The notes beneath the pieces were generated by a model, which was given only the letters and a program-made list of their open reading frames with translations, was not told the origin of the DNA and did no database searches. The translations under genes were made by a program, and so were the position numbers. This document shows, piece after piece, positions 1 through 13,205 of a stretch of DNA of 64,000 nt. Where the stretch lies: assembly GCA_977016875.1 (NCBI GenBank), contig CDRNST010000011.1, forward strand, positions 806,001 through 870,000. The letters run 5' to 3'. Every line of letters starts with the position of its first letter. Positions within the stretch are counted from its first letter, which is position 1. The DNA comes from Pavona decussata (taxonomy: Eukaryota).

Positions 1-1141
1 AATTGGTTGGCCAAAACCTAATCAATCAAATGTAGATAACAGATAAGATGAATGAAAAAACCTCCGAAGCTGATATTCTCCATCTAAAGCCTGTTTGAAC
101 CAAATACTGGACACCTCAACATTTCCAATTTTGCAATTTTTTGCAACTTGCCTCGGATGTCTTCAACACCCATGGCCAGAATATAATTTTGCCCAAATAG
201 ATTTTATAATATTTATAAACTTCAATATCTATATAAGCCCTGCTGCTAATTTAGTTTATGTGGAAAGAGTACTTTCGGAGAAATAACGAACATGGTTGTG
301 CTTGTTTTTCTTTCTTGTCAAAATGGCCGACAAGCAACATAGTAATACGACTAAGGTCTTCTTGATTATAGAACCCAAAATACTCTAACAGCAAATTTTA
401 TAAACTGGGAGAGCGGTTCTACCATCTGTATGAATTTCATTTGAATTGGTTGACATGTACTTGAGAACCAGACTCGTTTATTTTTACTATTTGAGAGTGA
501 ATTTTTCGGTTAAAACATAGACCTCAGGCCGACGTGATCAAGTGCAGTTTCCATGGCAACAAAGCACCTGCCGATCCAAATATGGCTGTTTTTTTTTTCA
601 TCCCTCCAGGTAACCTACCTCCACACAAAAAATGAAGGGGGGTTAAAAATTTTCATTTCCAACTTTGCTTCACTTTCCTGGAGAATTGCTCTTAAATCGT
701 CTTCGCTGTTGCTAACAGAATAGTTTAACTCGGCATCATCTTCCTCTGAAGCCGCGAAAACATTCAAACATTTTCAAATAGCCCAGCATGCCCCATGTGC
801 CTCCTCACGTGATTCACAAGTTCAGGGACCCGTTCCATTAGACCAGCAAAAATTCCGCAATCTTGAACCGGTTTTTTTTTTCTTGAATGGAAGGCGCCCC
901 TTATCCATAACTTGCTAGTAACGTCATAACTTTAAATTTTCGAATTTCATGACCAAGAACAACAACTTCCAAACTACGGTGAGAGAAGACATTTCTTCAC
1001 ATCAATATTTTTTAAGCCATGTCTGGTTCCATAACCTGAAATAAGCAGCGGTTATAACAAGGAGATAATGTACAAGTCTTTTATACAAATGTCTTTTGTC
1101 GCATGTTTAATTAATCACAGCGACCCAGAAATTCGGAGAAT

Positions 1142-1684
1142 CTATAGCCTGCAATCATCATACTGTAAATGCAACTTAGTTAAGACTTTTTCGTCTCTGT
1201 GGGAAATTCTGCTTCTGTGTAAAACCTCTAGCCCTGTTACCACGTCCCTTTCACATACTACCAACACATCGGCAAATAATGAAAAGTCAAATTTGTCATC
1301 AACAAAATGAACAAAGTCTTCAAGCATAAACACCTTTTTTTCCACGCCAAAAGGACCGAAGTCGAAGCACGAATATTCCATCATTATCGCCTGAGGCTCT
1401 TGGCAAAATCTCAAACAACGAGCAATATTTCTGTGGCCTTTAACACTGTTTAGAATTCCAGCTTCCTTCTGAAAGTGTCGCTTTGATTCTGCGCATTCAC
1501 CTTTCAATGTCTTGATAACAACACTGCGTTGCTCGCCAGAAACTTTGAAATCGGCCAAATAAACGGACCCAAACCTACCGCTTCCCAGCTCTTCTTTGAT
1601 CATTATGGAATTCCATGAGAATTCTGGAAGCTCTAAAGGGCGTCTTTGCTTTTCAGAGAGAGACGGAAGCTTGAAAGCCGCCAT
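1142..1684 (-). pseudogene. Truncated intronless protein kinase (N-lobe to HRD only)
   Basis: Gly-loop LGSGRFGSVY, VVIK lysine, helix-C KE, HRNI, IMMEY hinge, GLEVLH...SHRD. Homology stops at HRD (no LKPxN, no DFG). Confidence 0.85.
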
Positions 1685-2248
1685 CTCTACCCCGCGCAGT
1701 ACAAACTTTTCGAAACTTTCGCGCTCAAAATTAAATCATGCATAATTATTTCGGTCAAAGGTCAACGAATTCAAGGGAGGAGAGAAAAGAAAGGATACGA
1801 AGAACCTGTCGTGATTCTTGAGAATTTCAATAACCTGTCATAAGCAATATCAATTACCAGTTTTACCATGCAGTTCTGGTTAAGATATAATCTGTGATAA
1901 CATTTGATTTTGTGCCTGTTATGACGCGGTTAACTAACACGTGTAAAGCAATGTACGTCTTTTGGTACACAAAAACTAACGTAAGGAAAAGAACCGTGTC
2001 CCAAGGAAGCTAGCCTGCGTTACAGACGGAAAATTTACTGGCGGTATAAATTGAGTCTGCAAAGAAGGTTAAAATAGGCGATCGTCTTTTTTGACTTCAG
2101 GGGTGTGAATCAGGCCGGATGCAAGGCGCGACATGGAGGATAGTGAAAATAAAATCTATGAGTATAAAGTCGAAAGAATTTGCCATGATTTATAATAAAT
2201 CATCAAACAAATAAAATTGCTTTTGTTTTGTTTCTTTTCTTGTGACTG

Positions 2249-2343
2249 TTTACAAATCCGCGTTCTATAAGTCCTCGTTTTACAAGTCCTCGTTTTACAA
2301 ATCCAGTCCACTACAGTCCAGTCCACGAAATACAGTATTCCGT
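2249..2343. repeat. Transposon-like terminus with short tandem repeats (gttttacaagtcctc; ccagt)
   Basis: Repeated TTTTACAA(G/A)TCC and CCAGT units ending ...aaatacagtattccgt, exactly where the membrane-gene fragment is cut. Confidence 0.5.
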
Positions 2344-2624
2344 GTACTTTATCGTTTTTTTCAGGTGAGCATGCGTCGTTAACCCTTACTTGAAGACTGC
2401 AGGATGCTATATAGTTCAGGCTTGTGGCTTCTTTGTCATTGTATTCTTGGCAAATAAGCTGGTCAACAGGACGAAAATACCATTTTCGCCCCGTATTTTC
2501 CAGAGGATTGTAACCTAAAGACTGCAGTGAATTCGGGTTCTTCCAGGTTGCAATTCTCAGTCACTCCTCGTGTAAAACTGAACGCGATGTGACCAAACAC
2601 TTCTATCAGCGTCCTCCTAGCCAT
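2341..2624 (-). pseudogene. Membrane-protein family copy 1 (5' fragment, frameshifted)
   Basis: Manual translation: MARRTLIEVFGHIAFSFTRGVTENCNLEEPEFTA, 2-nt deletion, then LGYNPLENTGRKWYFRPVDQLICQEYNDKEA...VRVNDACSPE. Upstream flank resembles that of copy 2. Confidence 0.9.
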
Positions 2625-4927
2625 TTAGACTAAAGTATTGGTATAACAAGTAATATTAATATCACTATCTTTGCTGGTTTAATGGAAAGTAACAGTAAGA
2701 AAGTTGATGAGAAATGTACAGAAAAATTATATAGACCAGTCAAAAGTTTATTTATGTTACTCTTGTTGCAACCAGAGGCCCCACATTTGATCAGAAAAAT
2801 ATTTGGCCAGATATTATCAGTGTACAGGTGTTGGATACTTCAGCAAGTGATCTGTACAAAAAGTGTTTGTCATTACAGACTAGATTCACCTCTAATCACT
2901 GTAATATGTGCCATGTTTGCTCCAATTTAAAAGGGCCCGCCAAAAAGCTTGGAGGAGCTAATTTTTGTCTTACCTTCGCAAGGCACAGAACATTTTGACT
3001 GCGTTTTCAAGGAAAAAGTGGTCTACCTATTTTATTTGTTTTAAAAATGGCGAGTTTTCATTGTGTTTTGAGACGATCTTCTGCTTTTGGTTACTGTCTC
3101 TTGCAGTCAGCTATGCGCATGTGCATGCTTTGGGTCTCAAAACACCTGACAAGACATTGAATATTTTTGTTGTAGTTTAATTATTTGGAAACAAGCTAGA
3201 ATTTTCTAAGTCTAAATAACTCTAATAATGAAAGATATCGTAACGATGTTATCTCGATCTATTTATCTGTGCGAATTTCAGATCAGGCTTATTTTTTGGA
3301 AACTCAACTAAAGTAAAATATCTAAATTCTCGAAGCCATTTTATATTCAAAGTTGTAGAGTAATATCACAAACTGAAATGTTGGCGATGATGGGCATTAA
3401 ACTGAACTAGAAACTGAAACCGTCAGATCAAGTGAGGTCGATTTGCACAAATGTTATTAAGATTTTTGGTTTATTTTTAAACAGGAAGCAACGCATAATT
3501 AACCCCAGTGTTCTTGTTTCTAATCCGCCATCGACTTTACTTATTAGTTCTTATTATAAAAAAATTGCAACAACTCAACCACGTTTATAGGGAAAAGGAA
3601 TCTGGGAAATGAAGTATTCACTACCATGGAGATCAGCAAACATTTTGATACTTACAAAGGTAGCTTTATTGCTGTCTTTAAGGATTATAGTTCACAGCAA
3701 AATTTTTCCCGATATCTGATTGGTTTTAAAAAATTGACAGCAGACGTGATAGTGTTCACTCGCAGAGGGACTTGAGCAGGCCACAGAAGTCCATCCAGGG
3801 AAAGATCCCAGATTGGCAGTTCTTCTCAGGAAAAAAAGAGCTGCCTTTAATTTTTCTAATTCATTAGCAAACAGATTGCTTGCATTAAGGGTCAAATTTA
3901 TAAACTAAAAATTTTCACTTTCATTGACTTTTGTTCGGAAGAAAATTAATCTGAACAATAAAGACAATAGAATGTTTCTGTCTCGGCCCATTAGAAAGTT
4001 GACGTTTTAAACCTAGCGTCTTAGGGCTAGTATTTTTTTATTATTACTATTATTATTATTTTTTTTTTATCTTTTTTTGAGGGGCAACTATTGGCCAATG
4101 TTTTCTCGACAGAAAACTCCATTGTTTCGATAGTTGAGAGAATGTCATTAAATTTGCGTACTTTCAATAATTCATGCGTGCTGCTAATAAACCATCGGGA
4201 GCGTCTACTAATTCTAGCTCATTTATTCTTTTGACAATAATAATATAAAGAATATAATCTTTTTTATGTTATTCAGTTATTCAGAATACTCGAGTATGTT
4301 TCTAAATAAAGCACAACCAAAACAATTTAATTTTGTTTTGTACTCATCGATGGCCGTTCAAGATGCTGCATCTTTGCTTTCAGCCCTTTTTCCGAATGTA
4401 AATTTGACTCACTGCCTTGTTTAACACATTATTTTAAACTATTCCATATAATAAGTCTGCATCATTATTCTAAACGTCTTTATCCACAAGGACTTCAAAC
4501 TATTCTTCTCTATTGTGTAAACTGGTTATAGTTTGCTTAAATTTAATATCGACCGGAAAGGATGAATTTAAATGGTATTTCAAAAATTATATGCACATTA
4601 GATTACCCAGTGTACCTTAGTGGATTTTTTTCCAATCCATGATACCAACACACTTCTACAGACTAGGACACCGCGCCCGAACTCTTTTAGACCTGGCCTG
4701 GGGCCTGTTAACAAAGAGAGATCCAGCTTGCTGCCTACAAAGTAGCAATCAATAAAACTACTAATCGAGTCTCTCTGCTAAATTGGGACTCTCATGGAAT
4801 AAAGACGGTATGGAATAGCGATAAAGAAATAGAAGAAATCTGAACAATTTACGTTCTTCCTTCAGCGTTTCTTGTGTATTGCTGCTACACCTCGCTTTTG
4901 TCAACAAAAAGGCATTTTGTAAGATTT

Positions 4928-6523
4928 TTACGATTCATGAAAGCGCGCATGTACTATAATTAACAAGTGAACACTAGTCCATATAGCTATTGGCACCGCA
5001 TTTACAATTGCCACGGAAATGTGCCTCTTCCATCGTCTTCGCCAGACAGCCATCACGGCCATATTCTGGTAACGAGTTTCGATAGCTAGAGACACACTGG
5101 TGAAAAACCACTCAATCACCAACTGAACTGAGGTATGAGTAGCAAAGGATTCTAGTAAATCGGAGAGGGACTTGTTTTGTAGATAAACAAACTGATACAA
5201 ATATAAGAAGCCGTTAACAGCCACTATAGCAGTTGATTCACACCACATGCTCATGATGGTGATATCAGCCATTAGTCTCTCACGGCGAGGAGTGCGAAAA
5301 CTTCCCCAAGGAGCTGATCGTCTTTTCCACAGCGTGTGACAAATGTGATCAACCAAAACCATGGTACTTCGTTCTATGACTTCTGCAGCACCGTGAATTA
5401 TTCCAATAACCGCAATCGATTGCAAACGGCTAAGATCCGCTTGTAAAACTCGAAACGAAACCGCTAACCCAAAATACAGCGGCGCCAACAAAACATACGA
5501 AAATGCTGGATGGGTGAGGTTATGCATCCGTTGAACACAAATTCGTGAGATTACCTTAACAACGACTCCAATGAGAGGAGAAAAGAGTGCGATTAACAGT
5601 TTGCCTTCTTTGTTTTGGCTGTTATACGCTGGGTAAATTAAGGAGGCTGCAATAATGGAAATAAAGAAAGAAAAGCAACCGGGTACAATAAGTTGGAAGG
5701 ACAAAGTCAGCTTCTCTCTCCTTGACCGCGTACACACGTGATTCGTTACCAGACAGATTTGTAAACAAACACTTATCAGAAATATAACGTTGAGTGGAAT
5801 CTTTAGCGGTATTGAAATGAAGGAGTGAGATTTTTCTAAGGCTTGTAAAGTAACACGGTAAAGTGCATCGAGGCAATAAACAAGAATGGAAACTAGAACC
5901 AGTTTTCTCTTCACCCCCATTAACTGAAATGGACGGAAAAGGAAACAGAGATTTACAAAATACCACAAGTATATGAAGAAAGTAGAAATTACGCCACTTA
6001 TAGTTCTCATCCATTGCACCTGTACTGGAATCAAGTTTGCGGTCTGAAATTGACAGTTGAGTAAAGTTTTGTAGCATAAGTAAGAGATCAGGATGTATAA
6101 CAAACCAATGATAGTAGCGGTTAGAAGAGAAATCGATCCTCCAATGCACATTGATTGAGAAAGTGTACGGAGAGCGGATGGTCTAAACCGCTTCCATGCC
6201 ATGGCTCCATCTTCATCTTCCTGATCGTTATCCATTGCTTCATTTTCATTTTCCTCCACTGTACATACGTCGATAACCCTTACATTAAGTCTGCTGGATC
6301 CAAGATAGTGGTCCGAGCTACTGGCTTCTCTGTCGCTGTATTCTTGGTAAATAAGCTCTTGAACAGGATGACAATACCACTCTCGTCCTGTGCTTTCAAG
6401 AGGACTGTATCCGAACGACTCCGCGGTGAATTCAGGTTCTTCCGGGTTGTAGTGCTCTGTTACTCCCCGGGTAAAACTGAACACGATGTGGCCAAAAAAC
6501 TCTATCAGTGTACTGCCACTCAT
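4928..6523 (-). CDS. Membrane-protein family copy 2 (531 aa, ~10-11 hydrophobic segments; C-terminal tail cut by TAA)
   Basis: Long intronless ORF aligned by eye over its full length with the ORFs at 22452, 33198 and 39915. Confidence 0.9.
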   Translation of the reverse strand: MSGSTLIEFFGHIVFSFTRGVTEHYNPEEPEFTAESFGYSPLESTGREWYCHPVQELIYQEYSDREASSSDHYLGSSRLNVRVIDVCTVEENENEAMDNDQEDEDGAMAWKRFRPSALRTLSQSMCIGGSISLLTATIIGLLYILISYLCYKTLLNCQFQTANLIPVQVQWMRTISGVISTFFIYLWYFVNLCFLFRPFQLMGVKRKLVLVSILVYCLDALYRVTLQALEKSHSFISIPLKIPLNVIFLISVCLQICLVTNHVCTRSRREKLTLSFQLIVPGCFSFFISIIAASLIYPAYNSQNKEGKLLIALFSPLIGVVVKVISRICVQRMHNLTHPAFSYVLLAPLYFGLAVSFRVLQADLSRLQSIAVIGIIHGAAEVIERSTMVLVDHICHTLWKRRSAPWGSFRTPRRERLMADITIMSMWCESTAIVAVNGFLYLYQFVYLQNKSLSDLLESFATHTSVQLVIEWFFTSVSLAIETRYQNMAVMAVWRRRWKRHISVAIVNAVPIAIWTSVHLLIIVHARFHES

Positions 6524-7269
6524 TTTGATTACTGAATCAGTATAACAATTAATATTAATAACACTGTTTTAGTTGGTGCTCTTAAAGAAATTGGGGAATG
6601 ACAATTAAAATGAGTGATGGAAACTGAAATGTTCGCGTTGAGTGACATAGCATATTACCACCGAAACTGTCAATTAGTGTTATGTAATGAGAATTGAAAG
6701 ATATCAGTCTAAAGGAAAGGCATTAACAAATGACACTGAAACCTGAGATCAGAAGAAACTGATATTCAGGCGATGACCGACATGATAATTATATTCCAGT
6801 CGGAAACCGAAAACTGCTAATGAGCGCGTTTTTGACTGTCAAACCTTAAATCGATTCCACAATAATCGATTAATCGTGACTAGTTGTGAATCTTGCCAAG
6901 GAATTACAGTCAATCCACGTCACGCGTGACCAGTATTTCCGAGAATGAAATAAAAATAAATTCCTATTTGTAATGTCCGGCATTTGAATGGAATGTTGAT
7001 CTGAACATTTCCCTGAAAATCGTTCTGAAAAAGACGGATTAACTGAAAAAAAAAAGTCTCAAAATACTTGAGAAACAATATGTTATTCTTGGAATACTTA
7101 ATGCTGCAATGTAAAGAAAAATTCGTAACTTTAAACCGTCAATAAAACTAGGGAAATCTTTACGGGAACTCTGAAATCTCGTTGGCGAGGTTCAAACTGA
7201 CATGACTCCGTTGAAATTAAAAAAAAACGGTCCAGTGTGAAGTGGATTGACTGTAAAAACTAGGAGTGT

Positions 7270-7475
7270 AAACTAGGTTCATGGGACAAACATCCTGCAT
7301 ACTGCCAGGATTGGAACCTAGTTTAATGGCCTTACCTCCCACGAGTCTCCTGTAGGTTAGTGGTAGAGCATCCGAACTAGTAATTGGAAGGTCTTAGGTT
7401 CGACTCCTGATAGGAGCACTCGGAATTTTTTCCGAGTATGCCTGTGTCATTTACTAATTGATACATCATTCTCAA
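7270..7475 (+). mobile_element. tRNA-like (Pol III) repeat with an inverted 5' segment
   Basis: A-box-like tagGTTAGTGG, B-box GGTTCGACTCC, then ctcggaa-TTTTT-tccgag hairpin. Homologous to 42757-43063 and 54560-55190. Confidence 0.75.
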
Positions 7476-7559
7476 ATTCATATTTGTTTTTATTGAAATG
7501 GATAAGTTTATCCTATAGGGGCAATTTGAGCTTTTTCTGACCCAAGCGATTTTTAAAAG

Positions 7560-7910
7560 CCCGGCGGGAGGGGTTGGGGGAAGGGTGGGGTACTCCCATA
7601 GAAAGTGACGAGGATGATCGTTGGAAATTTTACCTCTAAAAGGTACCAGAATTCTGTTTTGGGGGCATGCTCTGAACACTTTTTTACCTCTAAGAGGTAC
7701 CAAATCAGTTGACAGCTGACATTTGCTTCCTTTCATATTTTTCGGCTCATTACCCTAAAAAGTACCACCACCATGCCTCTGAGAAAAGTAATTTTAGATT
7801 TCAACACCCTGAGGGGTGCCAAGCCACAAATATTAACCGCTAAAAGATACAACGATCATCCCATCAATTTTATATGAGAGTTCCCCCCCCCCCCCCTCCC
7901 AAACCCCGGG
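7560..7910. mobile_element. MITE with CCCGG...CCGGG G/C-run termini
   Basis: Inverted ends ggggtactcccatagaaagtgacgaggatgatcgtt / aacgatcatcccatcaattttatatgagagttcccc. Confidence 0.6.
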
Positions 7911-8064
7911 GATTTAAGGCGAACTTAAGGTACCAGAGTAAGTCTCTGATTGGCTAGCCAAGCCGCATAATGAGCTATGAGGACAGAATTACATCTCTGT
8001 ACGTGGAAAATGGCCCACATACAAAAATCTCAAGATGTCGACACTCAGTGGTTACAATCCAATC

Positions 8065-8520
8065 TAGGCTAACTAGGGAATACCCCGCCAATCCAAAAGT
8101 AATGCTGAAAAGGGTGGCTACGTGGCTACGCAGCTACATGGCTACGCGGCTACGTAGCTACGTGGATACGCAGCTACGCATACGAGCCGAAACAAGCGCT
8201 CTACACATGAATATACCTCGTTCTTTAATCCACGAGCCGAAACAAACGCCCTACACATGAATATATCTCGTTCTTTAATCCACGAGCGGAAACAGGAAGC
8301 GTGCTAGCGGCGTAGCCACGTAGCTGCGTAGCCACGTAGCCGCGTAGCCGCGTAGCCACGTAGCTGCGTAGCCACGTAGATACGTGGGGGAGAGGGGGTG
8401 GTGAAAAAACAAGAGTTTCACCGTGTAACACCACTTCGTGAAACTAGTCTCGTTCGCCGTTGCACACAAGTTTCAGCTAAAAGTTTCAACGTGTAACGGC
8501 GGCTTTACACTATAGTTCTC
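8065..8520. repeat. Foldback element of 9-bp (ggctacgtg/cacgtagcc) minisatellites around a ~51-bp direct repeat
   Basis: The 9-mer array at 8115-8180 is inverted relative to the array at 8305-8385. cacgagccgaaacaa...ctcgttctttaatc is repeated at 8180-8295. Outer boundaries approximate. Confidence 0.7.
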
Positions 8521-9016
8521 TGATGTGCAAACAAACGCTCTTCCACTTTAATTTTGCCAGGCAATGTCGAGCATTGCCAAACGTAAACGAACAATTCCTG
8601 ACCCCAAGCGACATTTTGGTTGCCTGCCGGGAGTAATGAGAGGTGATCATATTCGCAGACTACCGACTTGTAATCAACAGACATGACCCCGTAACGAAAA
8701 ACTTGAAGGAGCCTTACAATAAGCAAATGGCTGCCGAGTTGCAATGAACAACTACTAAGCCTGCTTTAGTAGATCTATTCTAGTCGATCATAACAACACA
8801 CTTCCTCGGACTAGGTAGCCGCGCGCGAACTCTTTCAGGACTAGGAACTGCTGAAAGAGATCCAGCTTGCTGCTTTCTAACTAACACGCATGAAATTGAC
8901 TAATCGAGTTTCATTTCTCAAAAAGGATGACTGCCCAATGTGGACAGAAATCATAGAAATCTGAACGGATTCTTTCCTCAGCGCGTCCTCTGTGTTGCTA
9001 CACTGGGTCAAGTTTC

Positions 9017-10372
9017 TCAAGAAAAAGGCATTTTGCAAGACTGGCTTTCCGATTGATTAACGCGCCCATGTACTACAACTAGCAAGGTAACACACATAGC
9101 TATTGGCACCACATTTACTATCGCCACAAATATATGACTCTTCCATCGTCTTCGCCAGACAGCCATCACGACCATATTCTGGTAACGAGTTTCGATCGCT
9201 AGAGATACGCTGGTGAAAAACCATTCAATCACCAACTGAACAGAGGTATAAACAGCAAATGGTTCAAGTTAATTAAAAAAGGACTTGTTTGTTTTGTAGA
9301 TAAACAAACTGAAACAAGTATAAGTAACCGTTAACAGCTACAATTGCAGTTGATTCAGACAACATGCTCATGATGGCGATATCGGCCATTAGTCTCTCAC
9401 GGCGAGGAGTACGAAAACTTCCCCAAGGAGCTGATTGTTTTTTCCATAGTGACAAATATGATCACTCAAAACCACGCTGCTTCGTTCTATGACTTCTGCA
9501 GCGCCGTGAATTATTCCAATAATAGCAAACCATTTCAAACGGTCAAGATCTGCTTGTAAAACTCTAAACAAAACCGCTGAGCCAAAATACAGTGGTGCCA
9601 ACAAGACATGCGAATATGCTGGATGGGTGGCGTTATGCATCCGTTGAACGCAAACTCGGGAGATTACTTTAAGAACGACTCCAGTGAGAGGAGAAAAGAG
9701 TGCAATTAACAGTTTACCTTCTTTGTTTTGGTTGTTATACGCTGGATAAATTAATGAGGTTATAGTAATGGTAATAAAGAAAAAACCAGCCGGGTACTAA
9801 AAGTTGGAAGGAAAAAGTCAGCTTCTCTCTTCGTGACCGTGTGCACAGGTGATTCGTTACAAGATAGACTTGCAATCATACGCTGGTCAGAAACAGAAGG
9901 TTGAGTGGAATCTTTTGTGAGACTGAAATGGCGGAATGAGATACCAGTAGAGCTTGTAGAGAAACACGGTATACGGCATCGAGGCAATAAACAAGAATGG
10001 AAACTAGAACCAGTTTTCTCCTCACCCCCATTAATTGAAATGGCAAAAAAGGAAAAGCAGATTTGCAATCTAGTCTACCAAACAGATAAGGAGAAAAATA
10101 GATATAACACTATTTTGAATGGTCATCATCCATTGCACTTGTAGTGGGATTGATTCAGCGGTGTGAAATTGACAATTGAGTTCCGTAAGTTATAAGTAAC
10201 ATGTCAGCATGTATACTGTACCAATGGTAGTAGCGGTTAGAAGTGGAATCAAATCTCCAATGTACATTGTTTTATAAACAGTATGAGGAATTGATGGCCT
10301 GGATGGCTTCCAAGTCTTTGCTCTATTTTTAATTTACTGATCTTCCTGTGTTTCCTTTTCCTTTCCCTGTGC
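9017..10372 (-). pseudogene. Membrane-protein family copy 3 (frameshifted, 5' domain lost)
   Basis: ORF pieces 9017-9235, 9273-9455 and 9389-9640 match the paralogs in different frames. The 3' flank 8740-9016 is homologous to the copy-2 flank 4600-4900. Confidence 0.9.
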
Positions 10373-12359
10373 AATCTGAAAGGTAATCAATTTTTGATCG
10401 TAGACGATGTCAGAAGAAAGTTCCTAATGGAAGCGATCAGCGGCACAGCACGTTGCAAGTAATATACCCAAATTGAAGAGTAGCCCGAGAGGGTGGGGAG
10501 AGTTAACCCCTGACAAGACTTATACCATTGCCAAACATCGACGTGAACGAGCGGTAAGAAATGTTTCCATTTTTTTATTTAAGCTAATAGGTGCAGCCAA
10601 AACAAACCTACTGAAATAGTAAACTTATTTTAATTTATAATTGGTCTAGACTCACAAGAATGCGAAGAGGCGAATGGAGTCTCTTACTTCTGAGACTGCT
10701 GTCTGTTGGCGAGCGGATGAAGGGCCGCAGTGACATGATAAAGCTAGTTCTTTTTCTTTCTCAATTCCACGTGTATAAATTTGGGAGTAGGCTTTCCAAG
10801 AAGAACAGATCATTCTTTTTAAAAAAGCTTCAGCCTTGAATTTGTCTGTGAAGAACGACGTAAAGAGTCAATCGAACATCTCGGTCGATTGACATACTGC
10901 TCAAAATACTGCTCAAAAGGTCGGCTTTTCTTACCTGGAAATCGAGATATTTTGAAAAATAACACACGCAACAGCTTTTCAAATGTTGTGCGGTTTTGCT
11001 TCTCTTACTACCAGACCAATTTCATCTAAAAGACAAAATGAACAAGCTTATATTCACGCCACGAAAAATGTCTCCTCAGCGGTCCGCATGTTGCTGCGAA
11101 GTAAAATTTGATGTGGTGGTTTCGTTGACAAAAGGCAAGCTTCTTGTTCATAGGAAAAGTCTTGCTTATTTACACTTCCCTTGGGCCCCAGTAAAATATT
11201 CTTTAAAACCGAAAGATTTCAAATATTTAGAAAATAGCAAGCTCCCCCAACACAAACCTCAGAGCGGAGCGAAGCGAGGCGATGCAAAGGGTCATGCAAA
11301 AACGAAGCCGTAACTAAACAAACTTAAGCCCTCAATTTCACGCATTGCATAGCTCTCGAAGAAATCTACAGTGCTAGAGAAAGGATCAAAAAACAAATAG
11401 CAACGATTCGAGACACAACATCTTGCCACAAAAACAAATGGCCGGGCCCCGCAATACAAAAACTGTAAGATAAACAACTGATGTAATTACACAGTTGAAT
11501 CCTAACAAAGATAACAACAATAGCGGTCGCTTTCGGAGGTTAAAGATTATCACACGGTTCAATCCTAACTAGAAGCTGTACTGTCACCGGACCGCGAACT
11601 GAAACGAGCCAAACTAGATCTTAATACTTAGTAAAATGAAATGGCATAAGAACGACAGCGGCTAAACAGAAACAACAAGAGGTGAAATAAACAGGCGCTA
11701 AACGCAGAACTCTAAACCCAAAATGTCCTTTGAGATCAAAATACAAAACATGCTACAGTTAAGCACATGGTTTTGTTCTATGATTATCGTACAAATCCTT
11801 CAAATCGTCATGCCAACCCGCTGTAAACATACAAGAAGCTAAATTGATCAAAAGACTGAGATAGAAGCGCTAAACATGCAAGTAGGAGTTGTGTAGGCCT
11901 TTCATTCCTATTTTACGTGCTTGATCGTCGCGTCAATCACGTAGCCAGAGTTGTAGTAAAATTCTGAATCATCTGAGTTGTACCTTTGCTCGGATTCGGT
12001 ATCAGTGTTCGGCTTTTGGGCAAAAAAATCGGCCAGAAAAACCCAAACAGCTCGCGTAGAATTCACTCCGACTCACTACTGTTTTGTTGTGTGCTTGTTA
12101 TCGAGATACCGGGTCGACGTCACAACTCACTAGTGCCAGTCCTCTAATGGCGCGGTTTTAACTTCGGAAATTGTGATTTCGATCGCGTTTTAAAAATCGA
12201 GAATAACTTCAAATCTCATTATTTTGCTTGTTTTGGCTTACTTTCTACGTCTACTTTTGAGAATGAAAGGAATTGGGTAGGGGTGATAGGCACTTTAAAA
12301 TAGGCAATAACAATTCAGCCAGTAAGATTCGCGTATTCTGACGAAATATCTAATATTAT

Positions 12360-12722
12360 TATATAAAATTTTATTAGTGGTATACCGAGTGGTAGCAAAT
12401 GGATAAAAACGGTATCCCGCCAGTGGCGATATCATTTTTATCCACACATGTGTGATATCATTTTTGACCAATCAACTCGCAGTATTTTCGCGCGCTGGTG
12501 AAGCACTTGTGGCTTTCCGAAGGGTTTTCCGCCGTTTGGCTGTCGTTAAATCTTTCGGGAGTTTTTGAGTTGGTCTTTTCGCGAGTCGAAGTTAAGTTTT
12601 TGCTAAAATGGAGACAAGCACAAGCAGATTTGTCGAGATCACAGATAAGAAACTGATCGAATCCGTAGAAGAACAAGAAAATCCCAATACAAAGAGGAAA
12701 ACTGCGTACGACGTCGAGTTGT
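12360..12722 (+). mobile_element. Crypton-like (DUF3504/KCTD1-type) remnant
   Basis: Palindromic end (tggataaaaa...tttttatcca), then METSTSRFVEITDKKLIESVEEQENPNTKRKTAYDVEL, resembling the SRF...NxNT start of Crypton recombinases. Confidence 0.6.
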
Positions 12723-12835
12723 GTGAGGGTAGTTGAACGCAGCGATGAAAGCCAGGAGTAAGCTTAATAGAACAGTATGTTCAGATTTACTTGTTACTGC
12801 AAGCCAAATTTCTAACCATATTTAATATGCCTTAA

Positions 12836-13205
12836 AGGGGAAGTATCACGCAAATTTGCTGTTATTTCAAAACGCAAAAATGTTTTACCGTCAGCAGAAA
12901 CAAGGAAATAAGTGTCAAGTTTGTTATAAATTATGACCCCAGTACAATAAAACTGCCGATTAGTGCCTCTGGCCAGAAACAGAAAAGGTCGTTACGGATT
13001 GAAACTTGAAAAATATTAGCCTAATGTTTTTCAAGTTTTCGCATTTTTGTTTCCAAAATGCACTAGAACAGATCACGAGTTGTTCCTTTCAAGAATTGAG
13101 TTGATTTCTTTCCTCTCGTCATTCTAGAATTATTTGGCAGCTGATTGAAGGTATTATTTCATCATTTTTAACAAAAGATATCAAAAACCCCATGATACTT
13201 CCCCT
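12836..13205. mobile_element. Kolobok-type MITE (TTAA TSD)
   Basis: ttaa|aggggaagtatca...tgatacttcccct|ttaa. Same family recurs at 52526, 53603 and 57019. Confidence 0.8.

Noticed and set aside
660-700. tttcctggagaat shared with the window end (63986-63999) as TIRs of one giant element
   Set aside because: Same orientation and very short; more likely two independent ends of a repeat family.
4928-6523. Calling the family GPCRs
   Set aside because: More than seven hydrophobic segments, and no DRY, NPxxY or GPS-type motifs.
7346-7420. Functional tRNA-Thr gene
   Set aside because: 8-nt anticodon loop, imperfect stems, and several decayed copies embedded in a larger repeat.
8110-8390. CRISPR-like repeat array
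   Set aside because: No unique spacers and no cas genes; this is a eukaryotic minisatellite foldback.
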